From assembly GCA_028826165.1 (NCBI GenBank), contig JAPDFW010000066.1, positions 124,001-188,000 on the forward strand: a stretch of DNA of 64,000 nt. Reading direction: 5' to 3'. Of the stretch, positions 1 through 23,711 are shown one piece after another; the stretch's first letter is position 1, and each line of letters opens with the position of its first letter. The DNA comes from Anaeramoeba ignava BMAN (Eukaryota > Protista > Anaeramoebae). The notes under the pieces are model-generated. The model saw only the letters and a program-made list of their open reading frames with translations, searched no databases and was not told the origin of the DNA. A program made the translations under genes and the position numbers.

Positions 1-958
1 AAATTTTGAAGAATTTTCTAAAACTTCATTTTTTCTTGAACTTGAAGAAAATCATTTAAATTCAATTTTATCAAATGATGAAATTCCAATAAATGAATTT
101 GAACTTTTTCAATCAATAATAAAATGGGGAAAATATAAATCAAATATTAATCAAGAAATGAATAAAAAAGAAAAAGAAAAATTACAAAAACAAATTTCAA
201 ATATTATTGATAAAATCAGATTTATTCATTTTTCAGAACAAGAATTTGAAGATATTTTGAAAGAAGATTTAATTCCAAAACAAATTTCAGAAAAATTAAC
301 TCAATTCCAAAAACTTCAAAAACAAAATGATGAAAAAGAATTAAATCAATTTATTGAAAAAGAAAATCAAAATTCATTAATTTTCAAAACAAGATTTAGA
401 TTAGATTCAGAAATTATACAAGAAAAAGAACATTCCAAGAAATTAAAAGAATGGATAAATGATAATGAATTCTTTTCCAAAATGAAAAAAGGATATTCAG
501 CAAAAAGAGATGGATTTAATTGTAAAAAATGGCATGATAAAGTTGATAATAAAGGAAAAACATTAGTTATTATCAAAACCAAAGATAATTTTATTTTTGG
601 AGGATTTACTCAAATTGGATGGATTTCAGGAAAAGATGGAGAACATATTGAAGATTCAAATGCATTTATTTTTTCATTAAGAAATGATAAGAATGATAGA
701 AAACCAGAGAAATTTTCCATTAGAAAAGGGAAAGAAAAATATGCAATTCAATATTTTTCATCAATATGGGGTCCAGTTTTTGGAAAAAATGGACTTGATT
801 TTTGTATTGGAATTAATTTACAACCTGGTGATGCAACTTTTGGTCGGAGTTACAATTTGCCTAAAGGAATTAATTATGATACAGATGAAGCTAAAAATTA
901 TTTGGCTGGTTCTCTTAGTGAATGGGTTGTTGATGAACTTGAGACTTATTTTATTTAA
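1..958 (+). CDS. BTB-BACK-TLDc family protein, 3' part (5' end lies outside the window)
   Basis: Frame is open from the window start with BACK-like text (IPINEFELFQSIIKWGK...IDKIRF), then TLDc motifs (YSAKRDGFNCKKWHDKVDNKGKTLVIIKTKDNFIFGGFT; DSNAFIFSL; WGPVFG; WVVDELETYFI*). Confidence 0.85.
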   Translation, partial: NFEEFSKTSFFLELEENHLNSILSNDEIPINEFELFQSIIKWGKYKSNINQEMNKKEKEKLQKQISNIIDKIRFIHFSEQEFEDILKEDLIPKQISEKLTQFQKLQKQNDEKELNQFIEKENQNSLIFKTRFRLDSEIIQEKEHSKKLKEWINDNEFFSKMKKGYSAKRDGFNCKKWHDKVDNKGKTLVIIKTKDNFIFGGFTQIGWISGKDGEHIEDSNAFIFSLRNDKNDRKPEKFSIRKGKEKYAIQYFSSIWGPVFGKNGLDFCIGINLQPGDATFGRSYNLPKGINYDTDEAKNYLAGSLSEWVVDELETYFI

Positions 959-1320
959 TCCACTTTTTTTTTCAAAATTCATTTTTAAAATTTTTTATAA
1001 TAAAGAAAAATCGAAAATGAAAATAGAAATTAATAATTAAATTTAAATTATTTTTTTTAATTAGATAATTTAAGAAAAAATTATTAAAATTTAATTTTTA
1101 TCTTTATTAAAATATTTCAACAAATTTTCAATTTAATTTTTTATTTTCAATATATTTTATTATAATTAAAATTGTATTAATAAATAATCAAAAATATTAA
1201 TTTAATAAATGAAAATATTATTTCATTTTAGAATAAAATAATTTTAAATTAAATTATTATTAGATATTATTAAAATTAAATATATATTTTTATTAAAATA
1301 TTTCAATTTTCTTTTCAAAT

Positions 1321-1572
1321 TTATTAAATTATTGGGTATTATTTTATATCATTTTAAATAAAGAAATATTAATAAAATATATAAAATAAAATTAATTTTA
1401 AATTTAATTATTTAATAATCTTGATTTAAATTTTTAAATAAATTAGTTAAAATATTTTATTAATTTTATTAAATTATTGGGAATTATTTTATATCATTTT
1501 AAATAAAGAATTATTAATAAAATATATAAAATAAAATTAATTTTAAATTTAATTATTTAATATTCTTGATTC
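1321..1572. repeat. ~105-bp direct duplication in the intergenic region upstream of VPS11
   Basis: TTATTAAATTATTGG...ATATCATTTTAAATAAAGAA...CTTGATT occurs at ~1321-1426 and ~1466-1572 with a few mismatches. Confidence 0.8.
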
Positions 1573-1630
1573 CATTTTTTTAATTTTTTTCATTTTTCAT
1601 TTTTCATTTTTTTTTTCTTTTTCTTTTAAA

Positions 1631-4600
1631 ATGAATCATTGGAAACGTTTTCAATTTTTTGATAAGCAAATTGTAAAAGATGAAGAAAACAAACCAGCAC
1701 AATTTGGGGATTATAAATGTGTTACAACAGGAAGAGGGCATATCATTTCTGCAGGTAAAACTGATAAAATTAAATTCAAAAATAAAAATAAAAATAAAAA
1801 TAAAAATTAAAAATTAAAATTAAAAATTAAAATTTAAATGAAAATTTTTTTGAATCAAAAAAAAGACAACAATGGAAATATTTTATTTTTGAATCAAGAC
1901 TTCAAACCTGTTCAAGAATTTCCTGCATACAAAAATAATGTGTTTCTAATTTATCAAATGAAACATAGTTATAAACTTGTTACTGTTGGAGATGAAGCAC
2001 CTAATTCTCAACCGATTATCAAGATTTTTGATTTGATTTTGAAAAATAAAAAAGGAGATCCGAGTTGTAAAAAAGAAATTAAAATTGGATTAGGAAAGAA
2101 TGTTGAAATTCAAGTAATTTATTATTTCAAAAAAACGAAAAAAAAATTTTTCAAAAAACAAAAATTCAATTTAAAAAAATTTTTTTCAATGTAAATTTTA
2201 TTGTTTTAATTTTATACAAATCATTTTCAATTAAAAATTATTTGTTGGTTTGGAAAAATTATTTTACAATTTTAATTAAAAGCCGACCCACTTAACTCTT
2301 CTTGAAGATTTAACTCAAATTGCAATTGCTTTTAATGATGGATCTATTATACATTTAAGAGGAAATTTAACAAGTGATCGAACAATAAATCAACGATTTA
2401 TTCGCAATCCAAGCAAAGATCCAATTAATGGTTAATATTTCTAAATTACATTTATTTAAATTTATGATCAAAATTCAACTGAAAATTTTAAACAAAAAAT
2501 TTTCAATCAAAAACAATTATTTTTTTTTCTAAATTTTATTGAACATGAAAATGATAATAATTGAAAATTTTAATTCTGTAATTCAGCTTTGATTTTTCAT
2601 CCAAAGATGCATAATGTATTATTTTATGTAACTGATGAAGAAATTTATTCAGTATTTATTGGAGATCGAGAATATTCTCATATGATATTAGATCAACCTG
2701 GAGCAAAAGAATCATGTGTTAGTGCTTATGAAAAGTATGGATTAATGATTGGGAGAGAAGATGTAAATTTACAATTTAAAATTTAAATTATTTATAAAAT
2801 TATTTATAAAATTAAAATTAATTTATAAAATTAAAATTAAAATTATAATTAAAATTAAAATTAAAATTAAAATTAAAATTAAAATTAAAATTAAAATTAA
2901 AATTAAAATTAAAATTATTAATAAAATTCATTTATAAAATTAAAATTAAAATTAAAATTAAAATTAAAATTAAAATTAAAATTAAAATTAAAATTAAAAT
3001 TAAAATTAAAATTCATTTATAAAATTAAAATTAAAATTCATTTATAAAATTAAAATTAAAATTCATTTATAAAATTAAAATTAAAATTAAAATTAAAATT
3101 AAAATTAAAATTAAAATTAAAAATAAAAATTAAAATTAATTTATTAGGGAATTCATTTCTTTACAAATGATATGAAAGTTGCAAGTTATGGACTTTTTGG
3201 TCAAAAATCATCAATTTTATCTCATAAAGATTACGCAATAATATTTTCACATGAAAAATCAAAATATACAATTAATTTTTATGATCTTACAAATTCTTTT
3301 ATTGCATTTTCAGCTCCATTTCCTCTTGATTGCAAATATATTTTATATGAATGGGGATCTTTTTATGTGATTACAACTGATAATAAAGTATTATTTTTTT
3401 TAAACAAATTCTTTAATTGAACTTTTAATTGTAATTTTAAAAACAAAAAAAGATTTATCAATTAACAGAAAAAAGTTTGGAATCAAAATTTGAAACTTTA
3501 TTTCGCAAAAATTTATATGATACAGCAATTACATTAGCACATCATCATCAATATGATGCTAATATTATTATGGATATGGTGAGACAATATGGAGATCATT
3601 TATATTCGTAAATTTCAAAAAGGAAACGAATTCAATTCAAAAATATATATCAATTCAAAAATATATTTAAATCCAAAAAAATATAAATTCAAAAATATTT
3701 AAATTCAAAAATATATTTAAATCCAAAAAATATATCAATCCAAAAATATATCAATTTAAAAATATATCAATTCAAAAATATTTCAATTCAAAAATATATC
3801 AATTCAAAAATATATTTAAATTCAAAAATATATAAATTCAAAAATATATATAAATTTAAAAAATATATTTAAATCCAAAAAAAATATATAAATTCAAAAA
3901 TATATAAATTCAAAAAATATATCAATTCAAAAAATATTTAAATCCAAAAATATATCAATTTAAAAATATATCAATTCAAAAATATTTAAATTCAAAACAA
4001 TATCAATGAAAATTCAATATTCTTATTTACAGAAAAGGTGATTATGATGGAGCAATTGAAAGATATATTAAAACAATTGGAAAACTTGAACCTTCTTATG
4101 TTATTAAATTATTTCTTGGTGGTGATGATAATAGAATTAGGAATTTAGCTTTGTATTTACAAGAATTACATCGTCAAAAACAATCAAATGATGAACATAC
4201 AACTTTATTATTAAATTGTTATGTGAAACTAAAAGATGAGAAAAATTTGAAAGCTTTTTTAACTGTATTTATCAATTATAATCAGCAATTATTTATGAAA
4301 TATAAAATTAATTATAAAATTATTTATTAAATTATTTATAAAATTAATTATAAAATTATTTATTAAATTAATTATAAAATTATTTATTAAATTATTTATA
4401 AAATTATTTATTAAATTAATTATAAAATTATTTATAAAATTATTTATAAAATGAAATATAAAATTGTTTATTAAATTATTAATAAAATTATTTATTAAAT
4501 TATTTATTAAATTATTTATAAAATTATTTATAAAATATAAAATTATTTATAAAATTATTTATAAAATTATTTATAAAATTATTTATAAAATTATTTATAA

Positions 4601-6893
4601 AATTATTTATAAAATTATTTATAAAATTATTTATAAAATTATTTATAAAATTATTTATAAAATTAAATATAAAATTATTTATAAAATTATTTATAAAATT
4701 AAATATAAAATTATTTATAAAATTATTTATAAAATTATTTATAAAATTATTTATAAAATTAAATAGCAAGAGGGAAAACCAAGTTTTGATATTGAAACTG
4801 CTATTCGTGTTTTAAGACATGGAAAATATTCAACTTATGCTCTTCAACTTGCTGAATTATATCAAGAACATGCATCTTATTTAACAATTCAAATTGAAGA
4901 TTTAAAAAATCATCGAGGAGCACTTGATTATATAAAAACATTAAATTTTAAAGAAGTAAAAAAATCCAAAAACAAAAAGAAAAGAAAAGAAGATTAAAAT
5001 TTGGATTGAATTTTTTCCATTTTGAAAATTATTTTTATTTAAATTTCTTTTAAAAAAAAAAAGGCAGAAGAAAGTTTAAAAAAATATGGAAAAACTTTAC
5101 TTTCTGTTATTCCTCAAGAAACAACAGAATTTTTAATGAAATTATGTACAAATTATGTTCCAGAAAAACCAAAAGTTATTATAAAAGAAAAAAAACCAAA
5201 AGCTCAAAGTCTTGAAAATTTACAAATTGAAAATATGACACAAGAAGAACAAAGATCACTTTTATTTGTAATTTAAAATTAAAATTAAAATTCATTTATA
5301 AAATTAAAATTAAAATTAAAATTCAAATTAAAATTATAATTAAAATTAAAATTAAAATTAAAATTAAAATATTAAAATTAAAATTAAAATTAAAATTAAA
5401 ATTAAAATTAAAATTAAAATTAAAATTAAAATTAAAATTCATTTATAAAATTAAAATTAAAATTAAAATTCATTTATAAAATTAAAATTAAAAGGAAAAA
5501 CCACAACCAAAAAAAGAAGATATTCAAATTATTTCAAATCAAGATATTCTTTTAGAAAGACAACCAAGTGCAAGAATATCTTCTGCTGCAAAAGAATTTA
5601 TTGATTTATTTGTTGAAAAACCTGAATGGTTGATTAAATTTCTTGAATTTATTATTAAAGAACAACCTAATTCAGAAGAATTAATATATAATACACTTCT
5701 TGAATTATATCTTCGGGATGATGTAGATATTAAAATTAAAATTAAAATTAAAATTAAAATTAAAATTAAAATTAAAATTAAAATTAAAATTAAAATTAAA
5801 ATTAAAATTAAAATTAAAATTAAAATTTAAAATTAAAATTAAAATTAAAATTAAAATTAAAATTAAAATTAAAATTAAAATTAAAATTAAAATTAAAATT
5901 AAAATTAAAATTCATTTATAAAATTAAAATTAAAATTAAAATTAAAATTAAAATTAAAATTAAAATTAAAATTAAAATTAAAATTAAAATTAAAATTAAA
6001 ATTCATTTTCAAATTAAAATTAAATTTATAATTAAAAAATTAAGGTAATTGAAGCTCAAGATGAAATTGAAAAAGAAAAAATAACAAAAAATTTACGTAA
6101 CGAAGCATTAAAACTATTAAGTAATCCACAATCAAATTTCAACGAAGATCACGGATTAGTATTAGTAAAAATGTATAATTTTCCTGAAGGAATAACATAC
6201 ATGTTAGAAAAAAAACAGCTTTATTTTGAAATTTTACAAAGTCATATGAAAAATAAAAACTATGAAAATATCATCAGATCATGTCAAAAATATGGGAATC
6301 AAGAAAAATCCCTTTGGCTTCATGCTTTAAATTTCTTTGCTTCTTGCGAAGATGATTGTTCAAGAGAAATTCGGATCATTCTTGATTCGGTTGAAAGACT
6401 CAATTTACTTGAACCATTACTTGTTATTCAAATTTTATCGCGAAAGAAAAAAATCAAGTTTGAAATTGTTCGCGATTTTTTAACGAAGATCATGTCAAAT
6501 TTTAATATTGAATTAAAAAGCGACAAGCAACAAATAGAACAATCAGAAAGAACAAGAGAAGAATTAAAAGAAGAATTAGAAGTTTTTCGCACTCAACCTT
6601 TTAATATCCAAAAATCTATTTGTTCTGAATGTGATGGATTATTGGATTTGCCTTCAATTAACTTTTTATGCGGTCATTCTTTCCATTTACGTTGTTTAAC
6701 TATTAGTGAAAGTGAATGTCCTATTTGTTCTCAAAATTTCTCTTTGGCTTTGGATAGAAAAAAGCAATTGGAACAAAAGGGTTTGAATCATGAAGATTTT
6801 AGAAAAGATTTGGATTCAGAAAATGGTTTTTCCAAAATTGCTGAATATTTTGGAAAGGGTTTATTTTCTCAATCAATTTTGGAGAAAAAATGA
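1631..6893 (+). CDS. VPS11: Vacuolar protein sorting 11 (HOPS/CORVET core subunit), 11 exons
   Basis: Phase-consistent GT-AG exons 1631-1754, 1866-2113, 2283-2430, 2587-2762, 3148-3387, 3453-3607, 4033-4264, 4767-4955, 5064-5267, 5495-5722, 6045-6893. N-terminal WKRFQFFDK, RQYGDHLYSKGDYDGAIERYIKTIGKLEPSYVI, C-terminal RING-H2 (CSECDGLLDLPSINFLCGHSFHLRC...CPIC) and GFSKIAEYFGKGLF are Vps11 hallmarks. Confidence 0.93.
2763..6044 (+). repeat. Microsatellite-filled VPS11 introns: (AAAATT)n in 2763-3147, 5268-5494 and 5723-6044; AATTCAAAAATATAT-type units in 3608-4032; (AAAATTATTTAT)n in 4265-4766
   Basis: Visible tandem repeats bounded by GT...AG; they explain the KI/IIYK-repeat pseudo-ORFs. Confidence 0.9.
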
Positions 6894-6984
6894 AAAAGAA
6901 ATCATTTTTCTTTTCTTTCAAAAAAGTTTCAAAATTAATTCAGCAATAAAATTTAAATTCAAAATCAAAATCAAAATCTAAATT

Positions 6985-7320
6985 TTAAATCAATTTTATA
7001 TCAATTTTATATCAATTTTATATCAATTTTATATCAATTTTAAATCAATTTTAAATCAATTTTAAATCAATTTTAAATCAATTTTAAATCAATTTTATAT
7101 CAATTTTAAATCAATTTTAAATCAATTTTAAATTAATTTTATATCAATTTTAAATCAATTTTAAATCAATTTTAAATCAATTTTAAATCAATTTTAAATT
7201 AATTTTATATCAATTTTATATCAATTTTATATCAATTTTAAATCAATTTTAAATCAATTTTAAATTAATTTTAAATCAATTTTAAATCAAATTTAAATTA
7301 ATTTTAAATCAATTTTAAAT
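6985..7320. repeat. Intergenic 11-bp minisatellite (ATCAATTTTAA/ATCAATTTTAT)n
   Basis: About 30 tandem copies between the VPS11 stop and the CPBP gene. Confidence 0.9.
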
Positions 7321-7545
7321 CAAAATCAAAAAAAATTTTCATTTTTCATTTTTTATTTTCAATTTTTATTATTTTTAAATTATTTTTTATATTAAAATTA
7401 ATTTTAAATCAATTTTTAAATCATTTTGATAAACCCAATTTTAAATCAATATTTAAATCAAAAATCAAAAATATTCCAAAAACATTTTTCATTTTTTCAT
7501 TTTTTCATTTTTTTATTTTTGAATTATTTTTTTTTTGATATTAAA

Positions 7546-8968
7546 ATGGATGATTCAAATCAAGAAAAAGAAACTCAAATTGATTTACAAGATTTTCCTG
7601 ATTTACCTGATGAAAACCCAGAAAAAGAACAAGAACAAGAAGAACAAGAATATCTTAAACAACAAATACAAGAAAATATTCCAAGAACAAAATATCCAGT
7701 TATTTTATTAATTCTTGATATTGTTTTAATTTTGGTTTTTGGTGGTTCTTTAATCTCTTCAACAAATCCTGATTTTAAAACTTATTTGTTTATAGCTTTA
7801 TTAATTTTAATTTTAAAATTAAAATTCCTTTAAAATAAAAATTAAAATTAAAATTAAATTAAAAATTATAATATAAAATTAAAATAAAAATTAAAATTAA
7901 AATTAAAATTAAATTAAATTAAAATTAAAATTTATTAAAATTAAAATTAAAATTAAAAATTAAAATTAAAATTAAAATTAAAATTTAAAATTAAAATTAA
8001 AATTAAAATTAAAATTAAAATTAAAATTAAAATTAAAATTAAAATTAAAATTAAAATAAAATTAAAATTAAAATTAAAATTAAAATTAAAATTAAAATTA
8101 AAATTAAAATTAAAATTTAAATTAAAATTAAAACTAAAATTAAAATTAAAATTAAAATTAAAATTATAATTAAAATTATAATTAAAATTAAAATTAAAAT
8201 TTAAAATTAAAATTAATATTAAAATTAAAATTAAAATTAAAATTAAAATTAAAATTAAAATTAAAATTAAAATTAAAATTAAAATTAAAATTAAAATTAA
8301 AATCAAAATCAAAATTAAAATTCATTTATAAAATTAAAATTAAAATTAAAATAAAAATTTAAAAAAAAAGCCTTAGCAAATCTATATTATTATTCTCAAT
8401 GTTTATTACACTCAACTTTGTTGGTTCTTTTATGTTCTTTTTAATATCAATAAAAGCTAAAAATCCAGAAAAACCAATTTGGAAAGTAGATTTAGTTTCA
8501 CCAAATTTTGGAATTTGGATTTCAATTAGTTTATTACCAGCAATTTGTGAAGAAATATTCTTTCGAGGATTTATGCAAAAAGCGATGGAATACAATTTCC
8601 AAAACATAAAGAAAGCGATATTAATAACTTCACTTATTTTTTCATTTTCTCATTTTGATTTCTCTTTTTTGGGTTTTCTTTATCAATTTTTATTGGGTTA
8701 TATTTTTGGAAATTTTGCTTCAAGAACTGATTCTATTTTCCCTTCAATTATTTCACATATTTTTAGTAATACAATGGTCTTGATTTTCTTTCTTCATCCA
8801 GAAACATCTTCTATTTCTCCTACTGTTGCTATTTTTTTCTTTCTTTTAAGTCTTGCTGTTTTTATTCTTTTATCTTATTTTTTTATTAAGAAAAATGATT
8901 ATATTGGAATTCATTTTCCAAATAGAAATCTTATTCAAAGAAATCGATCAGAATTTGAAATGAATTAA
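7546..8968 (+). CDS. CPBP/Abi (type II CAAX protease, Rce1-like) intramembrane glutamic protease, 2 exons
   Basis: Exons 7546-7787 and 8371-8968, with a phase-2 (AAAATT)n intron GTTTAT...AAAAAAG. Motifs EEIFFRG, FSFSH and HIFSN match the CPBP motifs EExxFRG, FxxxH and HxxxN; several hydrophobic helices. Confidence 0.85.
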
Positions 8969-9035
8969 ATAAAAAAAGAAATTCAAATTTTAATTTAAAT
9001 TTTAATTCAAAAATTTTAATCCAAATTCTTTAAAT

Positions 9036-20301
<11,266 letters not shown>

Positions 20302-20461
20302 ATTTTTTTTTTATATTATATATTATTTAAAAGAAAAAGAGAAGAAAAAAATGAAAAATGAATTTTGAAAAAAAATTTTTTTATTATTAAAAATTAATCC
20401 AAAAAAAAGAAGAAGAAAAAAATTTTCGAAAATTTTTGATTTTAATTTTAATTTTTAATTT

Positions 20462-20780
20462 TTAATTTTGATTTTCATAATCTCTTAAAGCAATTTCATA
20501 TTCATTTTTTAATTGTTGAGCTTGATCTTGATAAATCTAAAATAAATCAAAAAAATTAATCAAAAATTAATTAATAAAAAATTAATAATAAATTTTTTAC
20601 TTGTTTTTCTTCATCAGTTAAAGATTTCCAAATTTCTGCTAATTGTTTTGTTAATTCAACAGCTCTCATATTAGGATTTTGTTGTTTAATAATTTCCCTA
20701 TTTTCTCTACAAAAAATAAAATAAGCACTTAAAGGTCTTTTTGGTTTTTGTAAATTTTTTTGATTAGAAGAAGAAGACAT
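20462..20780 (-). CDS. Single HMG-box protein (NHP6/HMGB-like), 2 exons
   Basis: PKRPLSAYFIFCRENR...NPNM...LTKQLAEIWKSLTDEEKQ|IYQDQAQQLKNEYEIALRDYENQN*; GTAAAA...TTTAG intron at 20537-20600. Confidence 0.9.
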
Positions 20781-20931
20781 TCTTTTTTTTTTAAAAAACA
20801 AAAAGAAATGAAAAGAAAAGAAAAGAAAAAAATGAAAAATAAAAAAAATAAAATTTCTTTAAATAGAAAACTCATTTTTTTTTTATTCATTTTTTTCTTT
20901 TTTTTTTTTAATAATAAAAAAATATAAAAAT

Positions 20932-21644
20932 ATGATTAATTATTTTATATTAATATTTTTAATAATATTTAATCTAGTTTTCACAGAAAATTGTCCTTCT
21001 CATAAAACAAAGAATGATTGTATCCGTAACGTTTATAATGTTTATAATTTAAAAATCTTTTAAATAATTTACAATAATTTGCAAGAATCGAAAAAAAAAA
21101 ATATTGAAAAAAATTTTTATAAAAAAAATATCTTTTTTATGGAATTATTTTAGATGGATCGGATCAATGTAATTGTGGTTGGTATACTTGTTTAATAAAT
21201 TCAACATCATCTGAAGTAATTAATTAGTTTCTCAAAAATTCAAAAAAGTCTTAATTATGAAATGAATTTTTTTAATGAATTTTTTTAATGAATTTTTTTA
21301 ATGAATTTTTTTAATGAATTTTTTTAGAATTTTAGGTATTTATTTAAAGCAAACAAATTGGGAAATAAACTTTATTTAATTTTTATTTTATATTTATTAT
21401 TTAACTTTTAATAAGTTGGTGTCTTAAAGGAGATAAAAATGGAGTATCAAGTTCAGTAAATAAAAATGATTATGAATGTCCAATTGATTCAGATGGTTTT
21501 CAATATTATTTTCATTGTGAGCACCATATTACCCAAGTAGGAATTGCATTAATAGTTGTTGGTGCTTTAATTATTATCATTTCAATAATTCATTTCTTTA
21601 TTAAAAAATGTCAAAAGAAAAAACCTTTTGCTCAAAAAATTTAA
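20932..21644 (+). CDS. Small type-I membrane protein: signal peptide, Cys-rich (PSI/PTTG1IP-like) ectodomain, one TM helix; 4 exons including a predicted 8-nt micro-exon; absent from the ORF track
   Basis: Exons 20932-21025, 21154-21215, 21328-21335 and 21416-21644 give MINYFILIFLIIFNLVFTENCPSHKTKNDCIHGSDQCNCGWYTCLINSTSSE-NFS-WCLKGDKNG...YECP...YYFHCEHHITQVGIALIVVGALIIIISIIHFFIKKCQKKKPFAQKI*. Confidence 0.7.
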
Positions 21645-21669
21645 GAATAAAAACAAAAGGATAAATTTA

Positions 21670-21995
21670 TTTTGAATTTGAATTTGATTTTGAATTTAAT
21701 TTTGATTTTGATTTTGATTTGAATTTTAATTTTGATTTTGATTTTGATTTTGATTTTGATTTTGATTTTGATATTGATTTATATTTTAATTTTGATTTTA
21801 ATTTGAATTTGAATTTGATTTTTGAATTTAATTTGGATTTTGAATTTAATTTTTGAATTTGATATTGATTTTAATTTTAATTTTAATTTTAATTTTGATA
21901 TTGAATTTAATTTTGAATTTGATATTGAATTTGAATTTGAATTTAATTTTAATTTTCATTTTATAAATGATTTTGATTTTGATTTTATAAATGAA
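21670..21995. repeat. Hexamer microsatellite (TTTGAT/TTTGAA/TTTAAT)n between convergent genes
   Basis: Visible tandem hexamers. Confidence 0.85.
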
Positions 21996-22001
21996 TTTGA
22001 A

Positions 22002-23489
22002 TTATTTATTATCCTCTCCACAAAAAACTTCCATTTCTTCAATTGCCCAACCACTAGATTTTCCAGCTAAATGTTTTTGAGACATTCCATTATAAGAATC
22101 TGAATTAAATCTTTCTTTTGCATTATATCCATTTCCCAAACAACTCCAACAATCATAAAAATTTTTCCCACGAATACCTATATCAAATCCATTATTTTTG
22201 CCTATACTTGGACCATCACCAATAGAATAATAAAGAGCATTTTCATATTCATCCTCTTTGACATGAAAAATAGCAGGAAGTTGATTATCAGCATTAACCA
22301 AGGTAAATATCAAAGCATCAGGATCAGGAATCCATCCAGTATCTCCTTTATCTCCATTTCTCCATTTAGATTTATCAGCTGTCCATCCAACTTTTGTGTA
22401 AATTCCAAAAATATAATCCTCTTTTGTCTTGATAATTACAAAAGTTCTTCCTTTTCCATCACATTTTTCATGGAAAATTTGCGGCTCAAATCCATCTTGT
22501 GATCCAACATAAACCAACTTTAAGTTTTTGAGCACGCTCTTGTTTTTGAATGAATTGACCATGAAATTTAATAAATTTAGTTTGTCTTGAAAAATTACAC
22601 TTCTTTTAAATGGATTTCTTGGAATAAAAATTTTGTAGTTTTTCTCCTTGTATTTTTCGTATAATTTATATTGATTGTTTTCTGATTTTTCGAAATCAAC
22701 AATATCTTCCATCATATTTTTTTCGATGATATTCATTTTTTGGATAGTTTCGATTTCTTTCTTTTCCATTTCACAAAAACGGATTTGCAAAATCAAATTT
22801 TTGATTTTGTCTTCAATTGATTTTGCGGATTTTGGATCAACAAAAGTTGGATCAGGTTTTAAGTTGAGTTGTTTTTGAGCCCATTTGAGAATCACTTCAA
22901 AAACTTCAAATTCTGAATTGAGTTTGTGGAAGGATAAATTACTAAGAAGGTATTGCATCTCAGATTCATCAAGACTAAACAAAACATTCTGTTTGTAAGC
23001 TTCTTCAAAATTTTCCAAAATGAAGGATAAGCATTTTTGAGATAGGAAGTCAAATTGAAAATGCTTTGAAAAATCAAGAATTTCAATAACATTTTCCATT
23101 ATCAAATTTTCTTCAACAAAGTTGATTAAAAAATCACATAATTCATCATCAAGAAAAAGTTTTTTTGCGCTAACAAGAATTTCAATAGCATTTTCAACAT
23201 TAATCTCAATTGAACCTGTATAAATATAAGATAGAATTTTTTGCATAATTGGACTTGAAATTTCTGTGAATTCAACTGATGATTCTTGATATTCTTTCAT
23301 TTTTGAACGGAATAAAGCAGCAAAATAATCACTTCGACAAGCTAATATTGCTTTGTGGCAATTGAAAGTTGCTGTTGGTTTATTATCGTTTGAGAGAATT
23401 ATTCGAAAATCTGAATAATTTTCTGTTGTGTTTAAAAGAGATCCCAAATGAGTAATTACTTTTGCAGAATTTGTAAATTTTTTATTCAT
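22002..23489 (-). CDS. BTB-BACK-TLDc protein (intronless)
   Basis: BTB (YSDFRI...FNCHKAILACRSDYFAALFRSKMKE...ILSYIYTG), BACK (EFEVFEVILKW...IRF), TLDc (VYVGSQDGFEPQIFHEKCDGKGRTFVIIKT...FGIYT; GPSIG; IEEMEVF). Confidence 0.9.
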   Translation of the reverse strand: MNKKFTNSAKVITHLGSLLNTTENYSDFRIILSNDNKPTATFNCHKAILACRSDYFAALFRSKMKEYQESSVEFTEISSPIMQKILSYIYTGSIEINVENAIEILVSAKKLFLDDELCDFLINFVEENLIMENVIEILDFSKHFQFDFLSQKCLSFILENFEEAYKQNVLFSLDESEMQYLLSNLSFHKLNSEFEVFEVILKWAQKQLNLKPDPTFVDPKSAKSIEDKIKNLILQIRFCEMEKKEIETIQKMNIIEKNMMEDIVDFEKSENNQYKLYEKYKEKNYKIFIPRNPFKRSVIFQDKLNLLNFMVNSFKNKSVLKNLKLVYVGSQDGFEPQIFHEKCDGKGRTFVIIKTKEDYIFGIYTKVGWTADKSKWRNGDKGDTGWIPDPDALIFTLVNADNQLPAIFHVKEDEYENALYYSIGDGPSIGKNNGFDIGIRGKNFYDCWSCLGNGYNAKERFNSDSYNGMSQKHLAGKSSGWAIEEMEVFCGEDNK

Positions 23490-23711
23490 TTGAAAAGGGA
23501 TTAAATTTTTATTATTTTTTTTCTTATTAATACAAGAAAAAATGAATTTTTTTCAATTAATCAAAAAAAAAAACTTGTCGAATTTTATTAAAAAACAAAA
23601 AAAAATAAAAAACAAAATTTAAATTTAAATTTAAAGAAAAAAGATTTTTTTTAACTTCTCCTTTATCTTTTTTTTTCTTCTTTTTCATTTTTTTCATTTT
23701 TTTCTTTCGAA

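Noticed and set aside
6040-6052. AG|GTAATT recursive splice site at the start of VPS11 exon 11
   Set aside because: The downstream sequence reads in frame as ordinary coding sequence (VIEAQDEIEK...), so there is no need to invoke re-splicing.
4464-8312. ORFs of IIYK, FINN, KI and IL/NF repeats
   Set aside because: Translations of intronic microsatellites inside VPS11 and the CPBP gene.
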